The notes under the pieces: model-generated
Told to the model about the DNA's origin: nothing
The model's database searches: none
The model's input: the letters and a program-made list of their open reading frames with translations, nothing else
In this document: positions 1 to 13,629 of the stretch, piece after piece
How the letters are laid out: every line of letters starts with the position of its first letter
Numbering within the stretch: position 1 is the first letter of the stretch
Made by a program: the position numbers and the translations under genes
Assembly: GCA_040954595.2 (NCBI GenBank)
Contig: CM082583.2
Location: forward strand, 6,942,849-7,006,848
Direction of reading: 5' to 3'
DNA: 64,000 nucleotides
Source of the DNA: Balanoglossus misakiensis
Taxonomy: Eukaryota; Animalia; Hemichordata

Positions 1-1461
1 CTGTTAGAATATGCAAACATGAGAACACATCTAACACATTTGTGATTTCAATATATTTATTTTCTTTGTTATGTACAGTTTTTGTACACATGTCATTATA
101 AATTTGAAGATTGCATAAAAAAATTCTGGAGTTTTCTCTCCACGACTGAAAACAACCCTGTAAATGTGACTCTTTTCCCCATTTCATTCACTTCACTATC
201 CGTAAGTACACTTTTGCAAAATGATTTTCTAAAATCTTGTAATGTAGTTAAAAGGCAGAAGTGGCCACTAAACACTGCAGATTATTCTTTGTTTACTAAA
301 CATGATTTTAAAAATAGTAAAGGCAATTACAGTTTCAGCAATTTTGAAAACTTTCTAGTTCCTATGTGCGTTTAACTTAGATAAAATGCACAAACAAGGC
401 ATTTCTGTAATGCAACCATAGTTTTTACCACAGGGGCTGTAATCATCTGAATTGCAATGATTCAATTGATTGTTATAAAAAGATGTTAATATCAGATAAA
501 TAGTCAGATCTGTTTTAATTCAAGCAAAGCTATTTAAGATAATTCATGATTTAATCACTGAAAGATCTTGGTTAATAGTTGGATTATATACACAATTTAC
601 AGTTAGCGGTATACATCTATCTATACATAAGCAAAAATTATCATACACACTGACTCCAAATTCAGTCTCACAATCAGAAATTAGGTAAACGAGATTAGGA
701 ATGCATGATTGGAAATTAAGACATGCTGGAAAGATTTCAGAATTGGAATGGACAGAATCGGAAGATATTGTAAGCTTGTAGTTGTAATTGGAAGACACTC
801 ATAAACAAGTACAGAAACATTGGTTTCAGCTCTCCACATTTAGAATTTGTTCAAACCCCGTTCATGGACAAGCCAAGCTACATGTATGACAGATTCTCAT
901 CTTGTTCAATTAATGTTTACATTTTGTAGTGAGGTCTGATTAGCACTGCCTTTGTAGAAGGAAAAAATTAAAAACAACTTGCATAATAAATGGGAGAAAT
1001 CGAATGCAAAATTATGTTAATTTATTTTTAAAAATTGCAGATCAAAAAGATTTGGTCTCTGTAATATGGGACGGATAAAAATAAAAATCTTAACTAAATG
1101 AAATACTCCACTTCAACACGGGTATCAGCATATAAATTTTCACTGATAAATTGAACTTTACGAGTTGCACTTTTCTAGATCTGATTTTTCACATGATTAC
1201 TGTCTTGTATCTGCAATAATTGCACAAAGGTGTTCGACTGCTGCAGTAGTGGAAGAAAATAAGGAATAAATAGCACAGAACATGTGACCATCAGCTGATC
1301 ATTTCCCATGAATCATAGCTGTGATTTCAGTCATAACTTTGATAAGCCCGGTTGTTTTGAAAGTTCATAATTGCAAATTCTGTCATTAAAACAGTGAACT
1401 TGACAGTGATTCTGTTGTTGGACAATCCTATCGATATCAAATTCTTGAAAATACAGTAAAA

Positions 1462-4400
1462 CTATTCTGCAGCCTCCTCTTCCACTGATTCACCCTTCTT
1501 CAGTTTTGTAATGATCTACAAAAAGAAAAAAAATTAAAGATGTAGTTTATTGAGACAGAATATTAAAATCAAAACCAACAGCAAATTGACAAAAGTTGTC
1601 AACAATAATACACCGTGCAGCAACCTTATCCTAATTAAATTTCAAACTGTTGACAGCAGAAAAACTAATTCTACCATGATTTAATGCACCCCTTCCAGAC
1701 CATCACACACAACTTACGTCTTTCAATCTTGCTATCTCCTTATTATCTGCATTCTTGGCTGCATCGTTTGTGATTAATTTCACTCTGGAAGCATACCTGA
1801 GAGAAAAACAAAAGTATTTAACTCAGAGTTCTAAAGAGGGCGCTATGTACTACTGCCCTAACCCTGAACTGTTGAGTAATGACAAAATATTTTTTTGCAG
1901 TTGGAAATGGGTTGGATGAAACAGAAGAAACATTCAAACTTACGTGAGGGAAATCACAGTTTCGTCGGCATTGTAATCAGCAGGTGAGATGTTGACAAAC
2001 ATAAGTGTTTTAGCGTTTCCTCCGAGTGAGTCTTGCATCAGCATTGTTAGTTTGTTGTTACGATATGGGATGAATGACTGTCCACTAGACAGCGCCGATA
2101 TGACATCACCCAAAGCACTGAGGGATTTATTGATAGACTGGGCTTCCTGTTTGTGCATCAGAAAAGAAGGAAACAATCAGGAAAAACACATCATACTGCC
2201 TTATGACACTGACTGCAGACAATTTTTGTAACCAGGGTCTCTGGTTTGGCACATGTGCATAAGACGATCATTGCCCTTTAACCCTTTCACCCCCAGCTTC
2301 CCCTTTAAAGGTCCAACCTTGCCATAGAAAACAATGGGTTTGGACTGAACCATGGTGGTCAAAGGGTTAAGAGTGTGCCCTTATAATCATGATTACCCTA
2401 CCTTGAGTTGTTCAGCTGAGGCATCAGTCTTGGAGGCCCTCTCACTGCCGGCCAAATCAACCAGGCTGAGCTTACCACTTGTAACTGTTCCCGTGGTCAG
2501 GTTTGTGCTCTCGATGACAACTCCGATGATTAAATGTGATCGTGAACTCTCTGCATTCATTTCTGTTCAAAGATGAAAATACAATAACGTCATCATTCCA
2601 GTAAAGTCCGTCTTTCACACATCTTGGAGGGACAAAGTCGCTATGTTTTGTTGATAACACATTTAATGATTTATAGTGAACCACATACTGAAACAGTCAT
2701 GTGAGAGCTCTAGATGCACTTGCACACTGCATACACAGGCATGATAGTTGGATTGAACTTGACTTACTTGTGGATGCAACATGTCTGTTTCTGGATCCCT
2801 CTTCAAAGAGACCAAACAACTCCTTGGCATTGCCAGCACTTTGCACCACTGCACCGCTCACAACCACCATTCCTTTCTTGTCCTTTTTGATGTCTAGTTT
2901 ACCCTGCAACAAATTTGGATGAAAACGAAACATGAAAATTTGACCTCTTCTGCGACACGATCATATGCAGAATAGAACTTCGGGAAATGCTCAGAAGTTA
3001 AAAGAAATTTAACACTTACATCAGACGCCGTTGGATTCGGATTGTACAAATCAATCAATTTGTCATTGTACAATTCTAACATATAACTGGATATTTTGAA
3101 TGTAAATTTCTTCCTGTAAACAAAAAAAGTAAAAGCATATCCGTGAGACATCATTGTGAGACCATATCTTGGATCATTCCATGTAAAAAATATCAAGAAG
3201 TACAAATTACAAATAAAATGATTGTCATTCATGTCTTCAGTAAGCGACTTCAATACACGTAATTAACAACATTGTCTGCTGCTTAAATGAAACAGTAACC
3301 ATGACGACACCGATACTTACTTGTTTTCGTCCACCAGAGAGAATATCTGTTTGAAAGCCCTTGGAGTAATACCTGGGAACGTCTGGTCTTTGTCACCAAT
3401 CATTGTGAATGTTTTACCAGAACCAGTCTGGCCGTACGCAAATATGCACACATTGTAGCCATCAAAAGCAGACTGGATCAAATTCTACAAAAATTTAAAA
3501 AGAAATGTCCGTTCATGAGACACAATGCATATCACATGATCAGAGTTGATAGGTCACCAGCTGTACCGGTACACCTTGCAACTTTGAGTGACACAGATCA
3601 AATGACTGATACTCACATTGGTGTCTTCGAAGACCTTCTCCTGAGTCGATTCGGCTGTGAAGATTTGATCGTACTGGAATTCTTTAAGGCCACGGTTGCT
3701 GGACACTTCAATAGTGTACTCATCAGGTGACTTGATCACAGAGATGTTGCCCTGGAAACAGAACAAAAGAGGTTAATACTACGATACCTTAAGCCACTGA
3801 CATTGCAATGGAAAGTGCTCTTCTAAAAATCTATATGATTGAAGACATAAGAACCATGATAATGATAGGCTTGTATATAAAATGAACAAGCTGTCTTGTC
3901 AAAATAGTGGTGTCATTTTTTTTATTGTCTTATTGTGGTACCAGAGATCAGCTGCCCTCAGTAGTGATAGTTAAAGAGGGACTTGAAGGCCCAACAGCTG
4001 TATATTTCATGTTTTGACTGGTGTGATCAAACTTTAACATGTGGGATATTTAAATGTTTCTATAAAATCACGTAGCTCATCCGATTGTGTTGTACACCGA
4101 AAACAACTTACTCGACCAAGTTCATCACCACTCAGGGGTCTTGCACGACAATACACCCGGATTTTACCCTTCATATCTTCAACCATGTTGTAGTATTTCT
4201 TCCTCAAGACCTACAACCAACAGAAAATGAACAAAAGTAACGAAAAAGATTCAACGGCATGTTCTGGATGGTGTCATAGGTCAATAGAGGTCAGGATTCA
4301 AGTTGTCAAATTCAAATACTTCAGGTGAATCAAGGGACAAACTTACTCTTTCACTGTTCCAGTTGTCTGTCAGCGTTTTCGTCTCAGCATTCAGTTTTTT

Positions 4401-7400
4401 CACTTCACTTTCCAGAGCTGTCACTTTCTGGGCGGCGGCGATTCCTTCTTTTGCAGCCACACCCAGGGCTGCTAATTCCGCATTCAGCTTCTTGTTCTCT
4501 TCCTGAGATGATGAGAGATCCTGAAAATGCACAAAAAAAATCCAAAATTTATTTTCGAATCTGGGCACGACAGATTGGAAGCTCACCAAACTACCGCAAT
4601 TTCAGCAGAAATTGTACAGAAAAATGTCTTACACATACCTTTTTAGTTGTGCCAAGTTCTTCATCCAGGTCGTTTGCTCTTTTCTGTTCCCTCTCAAACT
4701 TCTTCTTCTCCGTCTCAAATTTCTTCTCCAATTCTTTGATTTGTTTTTCTGCTTTCTTGCCACTTTTCTGTTTATTCAAAAAGTGAATAAAAATCAGTAT
4801 TTCGAAGAAATGACACAAACCCCCATGTTTATCAAAAAAACAATGTGTGCAAATATAGTCCATCAGTAAACCATGGTAGTGAAAGGGTTAAGTCAATCAA
4901 TGTCTCATCTTCCACACGACAGAATTATTTTCTATTCTCTAACACTTGCAGCACAAATTCCATTTTCTGACAGCAAATACATGTACATACATCTTGTGCA
5001 GCAGCCACCCGGGCTTCTTTGGCGTCTCTCTCAAACTGTTTGATTTTCTCCTGATCATCTTTCACTTGTTTCTTCATTGTAGCAATTTGGTCCTGTAGCT
5101 TCTTCACCTTGGCATCATCAGTGCCTCCCTGGTTTGGGACGAGACATAAACAAGCAGGAGTTAGTAGGTTTGTCAAAAAATTAAAACTTGTTTTAAGGGT
5201 AAGGGGTCGTCGCGCCTTGGGTGTCCCCCCTTAGATGAGAATATGTCCTCCCATACCAGCGCAAACCCGACTGCAGTCGCCACGACCTACTAGGATCTTC
5301 AGCTGCTGTCATGCCCAGTCAACGCTACTGTTTGCTGCTTCGTTCAAGAATAAACAAACAAACGCAGCACGACAACCCCTTCACTTTATGACAATATTCG
5401 GTTGTTTAATTGGAAGTACAGGATGTTCTCTGTTTCATCAATATGTTCGACAGGCAGAAAAACCAGAAATGTTGACCCAAAACACAGCAACTTTACCTTT
5501 CCCCCTGCAGCAACACCGCCACCTGCAGCCACTGCCGACTGCAGTTCCTTGATTTTCTTCTCCAGTGCTTTGGTTCTCTTCTTCTCTTCATCGGCCCTCT
5601 CCGTGGCCTTCTTGTCGATCTGCCACGCCTGTTCTTTCATCTCCCGGTCTTTGTCGGCCATCTTCTGTTTCAGTTTGTCCTGGTGACCTCTGTTGATTTC
5701 TCTTTCTTTGGCCAGCAACTGGCTCAGATTTGTCACTTTCGGTTTGATTTCGTCCAACTCGGCCGTCTTGGCCCTTCTCGCTTTCTCACTGGCCTGCTTC
5801 TCAGCTTCTGCCTTTTTCTGTTACAGAAACAAAGACACATTGATTACAGATAAACATGACTCAGACACTGTTGACACCTGAATACATCACTGGTGTGAAA
5901 AATGACATCATTCTGACCGGACAGTGTCAGCTTTTATCCGTCATTTTCAATGTCAGTATGTTGTATCATATTCCTGCAAGTTCTTGTGTACACATTAGAC
6001 CTGTCTATGTGAAACTCTGCCTGCTCTAGTCTATGTGGCAGTGTGTCTCTTCCCCCCCCCCCCCTCTTATTCCCTCACTCCCCTTTCCCACATTTCACAC
6101 CACAAAACACGCGACAGTTCAATCTTACCACTTTTTCCTGCAGTTTTCTGATCTCCTTCGCACTGTCTACTGGAACATTCTTCAGTTTCTCTTGCTCTAG
6201 TTCATCCATCTTTTGTTTGGCTTCACTCAGATCCTGCAATACAGAAATATCAATAAACTTAATTACAATTTTGAAAAACCGGAAATAATGACCCACAAGA
6301 CTTTTACAACCATAATGTCAGGATGGACCGATCACACATGGGTTGACGAGAGCAATATCTGAAATTGCACGTAATAATGAACACTTAGGAGTATCATGAA
6401 CTCTTAATAGCCAGATACATCTGAGCTTTTGTAGAGTTATACAGCAATTCCATTATTCAACCACTTGCAGGCTGGCATACAATATTAACACCCCACTGAA
6501 GGACTTTTTGTGGCACTTACCTTATTTTTTGCTCTAAGTTCATCTTCCAGTTGTTTCTGTTTGGCTATCGTTCTAGCTTCCAGTTCACCATATTGCCCGG
6601 ACACGTCTCCACGTAGCCTCTCCAGTTCCAACTTCAAGTCTTCCACTTCCTCTTTTGTCGCGCTGTGGGCCAATTTTTCTTCCCGCAAACGAGCTTCGGC
6701 ATCATCCACTTGTCTCTGCAGGGCCGTCATCTGCTCTCCCAGTTCCTGTGGTGATATAAAAAGAGTGTTCCGTGAAGTAACATCGCACTTTCTGGGCTTT
6801 CAGAGATGACCCAGTCATTCAGTGTACCGGTAGATTTTCAAACATTTCTTTGCAATTCAAACCATGTGTGTAGTTTTGCTATGGAAATGTCAATGGAAAT
6901 TTACATATCTGAGTATTCATATTTAGCATATTGTATGGACTGCCACCATTAAATTTCAACACTTTTTCAATTAACCTGTTGTATTCAGGTTTGTGGGTTG
7001 AATCTTTGATTTGAGGTATTGGGGGTGGAAGTTCCAGGGGGGCCGATCAACCAATTCAGGTCGTCCTACCTCTACATCTTCATCCAGATCTGCAGTTACG
7101 GGAACAGCAGCAACACCAGGAACTGCAGCTGCTGCAGGGGTGACTGCAACACCAGCTGCAACACCACCGGCTGCCCGGGCGATGGCGAGCTGACCCTGCA
7201 ACTCGCTCGTCTGCTCCTGAAGTTCGTCGACCTTGTCTTCCAAGTCGCTGTTCTTGTCCTCAAGCTCCGAGTTCTTCTTGTTCATGTCCTCGTTCTCTTC
7301 CATCAGGATCTTGATCTTTTCTTCAAGTTCTTGGATTTCCTCTGCACTGGCACCAGCCACAGCCCCTGTGATGAGATGTGGACATTGCACAAATAAGCAC

Positions 7401-10400
7401 AGCGGAAAAAAAATACACAGAACAATAGACGGGTGTTTCTGTTCGGATATGAGAATTTAGAACTTTAAATAAATTTAAAGTTTACAGTTAGCTATTTCAC
7501 TTCCATGTATCTCAAACATTTATAACAAGGGCTAAATTTACAAGAACACTGCAATTCACAAGTTGCCATGGATACAAACCTGGAGCGGTAACCGTGGCAG
7601 CTGCAAGGACGCCAAACTCCTCTGGTATCTCTCCCGTCTTCATCATCGTCAGTGCTACAATGTCAGTTTCATTCGTCAGGCACTTGGTGTTGTATTTATC
7701 AAGTCTGGAATACAGATTCTCAACGGTCGAGTCTCTGTGAAGATGAACATTATCACAAGTCAAATTACTTTTGGTTTAACCCCATAATTTTCAATATAAT
7801 GGTTGGAACCACGTCAAAGAAAAGGCGAGATGAGGGTGGAATTTCTCACCTGTCTTCCTCGGTCGGTTCTTTGTCATTTTCCTCTGTGAATTTTTCAACC
7901 CATTTCTCGATGTCTTCTTTGATCTTATCTCTGGTCTCTACAAATCCCTTTTTCTGTCCTTCACTTTCCTTCAATCTTGACGAGGTCTTGTCTGCAGCCT
8001 TTTTGACTTCGCCATGGACACCGTGAACCTAGAAAAAATTAGAATCCAAACCACATCAAATTTTTCTAGCAGTGATATGCAATCATTATCAGTGCAATTG
8101 AGTCTAAATTCGAATACGTTTTACTTAGAAGTGAAACACTTTCACAATATTGATGGTGATGTACTGACATGTCTGATCACAGCCTCCAACAAAATCTTCA
8201 AATTCTTTTCGTCTTTACTGGTGTGTATATTCTTCACAGGAAGTTGTTGGGAGGACTTGGTTCTGCCCAGTTTCTTCTTATCCTTCTCCAACTGTTTGAT
8301 GGTTTTATTTTTCTCTTTCAATGTCTCTTCCAGTTCCTGCACTCTTTGTCTCAGCTCGGCTGACTGCTGTTCGGTGGCTGCAACCGCGGCAACCAGCACA
8401 GGGTCTTGAACTTTGACCTGCCAGGGTGAAAAGTTTACAGAAGTGAGGTCCAGAATTAAAATCGAGACATATTACAGCTCATCACATGACATAAATCTGT
8501 CCAATGTATGAACTACAAAAGCTTCTTCAAATTTTGGTTGTCAGAGGTTAACTTAACCACAAATTCTCTGAACAACAAATGACTTTATATAATTCATGCG
8601 TGTTCTGGAATGAAACAGCTTTCATATAGAATCTTCAAGAATTTTCCCCCAAAACTGCCTCACCTCTACAGTCTTGATGACAGGTTCGGGTACGGTCACT
8701 TCAACTGGTTCTGGTACCTTGCCCTCTTTCACTGTGGTCAGGGTTTCTATCTGTACATCCAGCTGTTGAATCTTTTTCTCCATTTCCACAGATTTCTCAT
8801 TCAACTTTTTCAGTGACTTCGTCCTGAAATGAAATGATAATATGGTCTTTTAAAACCCTCATGTAATTTCACAACCATATAAAGTGTTTTATCAATACAA
8901 TTTCTATAGATAAAATATAAAAAAATCATTTCCAAGACTTACTTTTCTTTTTCCGTTGGTTCTCTTCCTTTCTTCTTCTGGAAATCGTTTTCCCAATCTT
9001 TGATTTCTTTTTCCACTTTAGATTTCTCTTCTTTCAGCTCTTCTTTCTCAGTTGCCACGACGACAATGGTCTCCTCCGTCTTCTCTTTGTCTTGGGCTGC
9101 AGCGGCCGCCACCAGTTGGAACTGAGTCTGAAGGGCTGCGTATTTGGCTTTCATGATGGCCAATTCCTGTAAAAGTTGTAGAGGGAAGAAACATGTAAAA
9201 AATACAAACCATGGCATCTTATGTTGCATTTACAAGAATTACAAGAATAGGGTAGTTTTAATTGCAAATCAGTTAAAATATTCACCTTTTCTGAGCTCTG
9301 TATTTCAGCTTCATATTTCTTGCGTTCTTCTTCCTCTAATGACTTTGTAATGACAGAAGACATAACAGCAGTGGCTGCTACTGCACCTGCAGTCGTAGTC
9401 TCTGGCTTGGCTGCAGCAGTTGTGGCTGGATAACCAGTTGCAGTTACAGTGGTCGGTTTTGCAGCCAACAGCGCCATCAGTCTTTCGCTTTCTTTCTTCT
9501 CACTCTCCACCTCATCTTTCCTGATCTGTCAATCAAATTTGAAGAAAAAATATGGAGTCATAGTTGCTGTAAGGTTTTAGTTCAGCTTTGCATGTTAAGA
9601 CTATTTCAGTGAATTTTACAGTTTTTAACCTGTTTTCACATCATAATGGTTGTATCTCAAGAAAGTCATTATCATTGTCTATTGACAGCAAACAAACATT
9701 AAATGAAATTGATAGTAAATACCTTTTCCTTGGCTGCAAGCTCTTCCTCATGCTGTTTTTTCAGGTTTTCAAGTTCTTTGGTGGAAAGTACGTACTTCTG
9801 ATGCTCCTTGTCTATTTTGTGGGTCAAGTCTGTCACAATTGTTTCCTGAAATTCAAACAAATGTAATTTCAATGTATTGTGCAGTTTTTATTTTTATTAT
9901 TAGAAAATGAATCACTTTCAGCTTAATTAAATCCCACACCCAATGCAGCAAGTCCTAAATATGCGCAAAGTGACCCACACTTGCATGTAAGCAACTTAGT
10001 AAACACAATCATCTCACAACACCTCCACAGTCTAGAATGCAACCAGGATGTACATACCATAAACCCATTCAGATTCCAGCCACATTACTGGCTACTTGAG
10101 TCAATAATACTGAAAGCCATATCTCCTGTCACTCACCTTTTCTTTTTCTAGTCTATCTATTTCTACTTTGTTTATAATCAGTAGCCTCTTCTTGTCCTTC
10201 AGTAGTTGCTTATTCCTGTTGCTAAGGCTCTGTCAAGAAATTAAAAATCAAAGTGAAAAACGATGCAATGACCACCCTTGGAAAATAAACAATTCTTTAA
10301 TATCAATCACATGATCTGGCCATATGTCACCCACTGCAAAGTCATTTCCATGGTGACCAGCAAACAACATGGAGGCATCCAGCAAAAGTTTGTCCAAGTA

Positions 10401-12288
10401 TATTTATACCCGGTACTTTAGACACCTAACTTGCATCAGACATGGTGCCTCATCAGCCTTAATAACTTCAATAATGTGAAACTTACAGCAAGGGTTTCAT
10501 CCCAGTAAACCTGATGTCTGGATAACTCAGTCCTGTGAACCTCGATGACTTGTTTGAATGTTTTCACTTTGGAGGAATAGTTTTCTCGCAGGCTGATCAC
10601 AAAAGTATTAAACTGACCCTGAAATGTTGAAAAAAAAATCTCAGGTCAATATCAAGATTGAAAGAATTCAGATCATGCAACCACAGCTTAAGTTTAAATT
10701 ATTCTTGAATCTGACCAAAAACTCTTGACATGTTAAATGCAACATTGCTGTAACATGAAGCAGATTTTCAACTTTCACATTTGAACCAATTCAGATCATC
10801 ATGGACACTTACCTGTGTTTCGTCTTCAATCTGTTGATAATTATCTTTGATTTCATGAACAATTTTCACATGATTTAGCTTCATTCGTTTCATATCATCC
10901 ATCACCTTAGCCAGACAATCCCTTGCATACAGATAAGGTACATATGCATTGTTGTGTTCTTCTAATATTGGTTGTTGTTGCAGAGACCTGTTTGATGCTG
11001 ACACCAAGGCTTTCGTGTCTGTCAATGAGAACAATATGATGGTCATGTACTGTAAAAGTCAATAACATCTTTCTTCTTGCTACATGTCTGGTTACATAAT
11101 TCCCCCCCCCCTAAAGTTAATTTTGTTTACCTCCATTAACAACCCCATTGCCTGATACACCATCAAGTCTTGACTCGGGCCTAGCTTCCTCCACTGTGAT
11201 GATAGAGTGCATGCTGGAAAAACTGCCTGTGTACACCGTGGACTGGGGTGAATTTCTGCCATTCTTGTTGCTAAGCTTGGGTGATACACCTCCTTGGAGA
11301 AGAGGTGGCATGGACCGTCCGGACCGTGGCCGACTTTTAGGACTTCCTTCACCTGGTTTGTCATTCCACGCTAGAAAAAATTAACAGATTAAATATTACT
11401 TTTATACTGCATGCTTTCTTTACATCTCTGCAAATTTCATGAACAGAATCATCTCTTTATCACACATTTACCAAAAGTGATGGTTAACAAGCCAGGTCTG
11501 GCTATCCTAGCAAATATATTTCTGAAATGTGTTCAAATCAGTTCAATATAAACAAATCAGCTCAATATAAAAAAGCAATGAAATAGACTGCACTACCTGT
11601 TGGGGTTACAGGGCGGCCATTTTGGGGCGCCACTTTTTTGTCTGACGGTTCCACTGTATTGGCTTTGAATGGCTTCTTAGCACTGCTTGGTCTGTTGTCT
11701 GATGCCTACAAGACGAGAAACACAACCAGGAATGAAACATTTCATGAAAAATATGGATGGCCAAAAATACGAATGGCCAAAGGAGTTTTGTCAAATTGAT
11801 GAAAACTAAGAATCTAAATTTCAACCAGGGAATTATTCTGCAAAGGATGTCTTACCTGTGTGTTGACTAATTTAGAACTTCCACTGGCTTCTTGGACAGA
11901 AATCACACTTCCTGTTCCCTTAGAACCACTGCCATTTTGGGTCTTTGTTTCGTCTTCATTATCCTGTACGCTCACAGCTTTAAAAGGAGGCAGTTGAAAA
12001 TGTCAGAAAAAGTTTTGGAAAAAACACCATCACAAAGTGAGATCAAAGGTAGAAAGGCTGCATATTCCATAAGAAAAGAAATGTACTTGATCTGGTCAGT
12101 TTTGATTTCGTATGATTCAAATGGATAGAATAAATTGATAACATTATTATGAACTCGACTATTTGAAAAATAATGTTTTACATCCAAGAGAAATGTTTAC
12201 CTGGGGATCTTGGTCTGTCTTCCTCTAATGGTGGGTTTGGTGTCACTCTACCTTTTCTAATTTTTGGTTTTGGTGCAACAGCAGCCAT
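1462..12288 (-). CDS. Kinesin-14 family C-terminal motor protein, kinesin-C / KCBP-like (calmodulin-binding type); ~30 coding exons, long coiled-coil stalk
   Basis: ATG at 12288 (MAAVAPKPK...), stop TAG 1464-1462. Motor exons 1718-4211 encode the neck [21 protein letters not shown]-loop [10 protein letters not shown], switch [10 protein letters not shown], switch [11 protein letters not shown], and [38 protein letters not shown]. The post-motor tail is [43 protein letters not shown]. The exons checked are flanked by GT-AG in consistent phase. Exons between about 4.3 and 10.9 kb encode K/E-rich heptads. Confidence 0.93.
2278..2370. mobile_element. ~93-bp MITE-like element, TTAA-flanked with CCCTTT terminal inverted repeats (piggyBac-like ends), copy 1
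   Basis: Begins TTAACCCTTT and ends AAAGGGTTAA. Its internal sequence matches the reverse complement of 47351-47442 and, more weakly, of 62722-62814. It lies in a kinesin intron. Confidence 0.75.
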
Positions 12289-12779
12289 GTTTCTTTAGTT
12301 CCAGACAATCCTGGCCAGCAGGATCCTGAATATACAAAAATAGTTTTTTTAAGTGCCTTGATGATATGCTGTGGTGTAAGAGAGATTAGTTAATGATGTT
12401 AATTTATCTAGTGCTCATTGGTGAATAAAATATGCATATATTGTATTTATATATGGTTTTAAAAAGGAATTCTGGAAAGTTTATTTTTCATGTGATGATG
12501 TCAAAAGAACCCCAAGAAGACAACAGAAGACAATCTTTTGTTCACTGAACAATGATCACTGATGGGTATTGGAATGTGAACATGTGACCTTCAAGGAAAT
12601 GTTTATTACGGAAGTTTCGTATCTTTTAAAAAGTATTGTTTCACATTGCAAATTACAGCAAGGAGCAACAAACACGGATGACGATAAAAAAGAAAGACAC
12701 ACTGACTGATATCACAGTTGTCTTTCGCGGAGGGGGGGGGGCCAAAGTAATCACCTGCATACTAGTGTATATTGCATAA

Positions 12780-13460
12780 ATTACCATATGAGTATGTCAC
12801 CTGGTCTCCGATCCTCGCGTTACCTTCTTTGCGATCGTAAATAAAGCGGGTGTATTTGTATGTATGCGAAAATCAAAGATCGGCAATTCAGTGTATGTCT
12901 GACTATGATTCTTACTGAGATTTTATTCTGAAATAGGCTGCTCATGCCATGGTTTCATATATGACACTGACAGTTGTTTACATTCGATGACCCGGTTACA
13001 CTGTCAATCGTGATCAAAACATCGATTCGCTTTTATGAAATCCGGGTTGTGTGGCAATTTTTCACTTATGAAAAATACAAGAATGTGGGCGCATATATAA
13101 ATAGACGAACGTACAATTATGCTGGATGTTTGTTGCCCTGTAATTACATAGATCACTGATCAGATATATCACGCAGACAGAGTCTTGCCTGATGATGGCG
13201 AAGACTTACTTACGTCACTATAAATACCAAGGTCCTTTTTCCAAATCCAAGTCGTCGATGGGGCGATCGCGTTGATCTTCTACTGTATGATACCTTTCAG
13301 GGCACGGACACAAACCCGGTTGGGTTTCTACTTTCCGAAAAACGTCATATGTCGGGCTGAATGGCTGAACAAAAAGTGAACTAGAAATTCTACAAGGCAG
13401 CCATATTTGTTGGGTTGCTTGGATAGCGAGTTTTGTTTGCACTCTGACGTCATTCGATCC
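12780..13460 (-). promoter_or_regulatory. Probable promoter and non-coding first exon(s) of the kinesin-14 gene
   Basis: CpG-richer segment. Minus-strand splice donors at ~13213 (GAC|GTAAGT) and ~12823 (AAG|GTAACG). CRE TGACGTCA at 13445-13452. Acceptor for the ATG exon at ~12327. Confidence 0.45.
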
Positions 13461-13629
13461 TTTTGTTATGGTAATAAGTACCGGGTGGGGATCTTGCGTG
13501 GCTTCTCAAGGTTCTTTTTCCAAATCCAAGTCGTCGAATGAAATGATCGCGTCGAAAATCCTAATGTATGATACCTTTCAGGATACGGACACAAACCCAG
13601 TAGAGTGTCTATTTTCCGAAAAAGACATT
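13228..13629. repeat. Diverged direct duplication of a ~120-bp unit (13228-13348 and 13507-13629) upstream of the kinesin-14 gene
   Basis: Shared blocks TTTTTCCAAATCCAAGTCGTCGA, TGTATGATACCTTTCAGG, ACGGACACAAACCC and TTTCCGAAAAA at an offset of about 280 bp. Confidence 0.85.
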
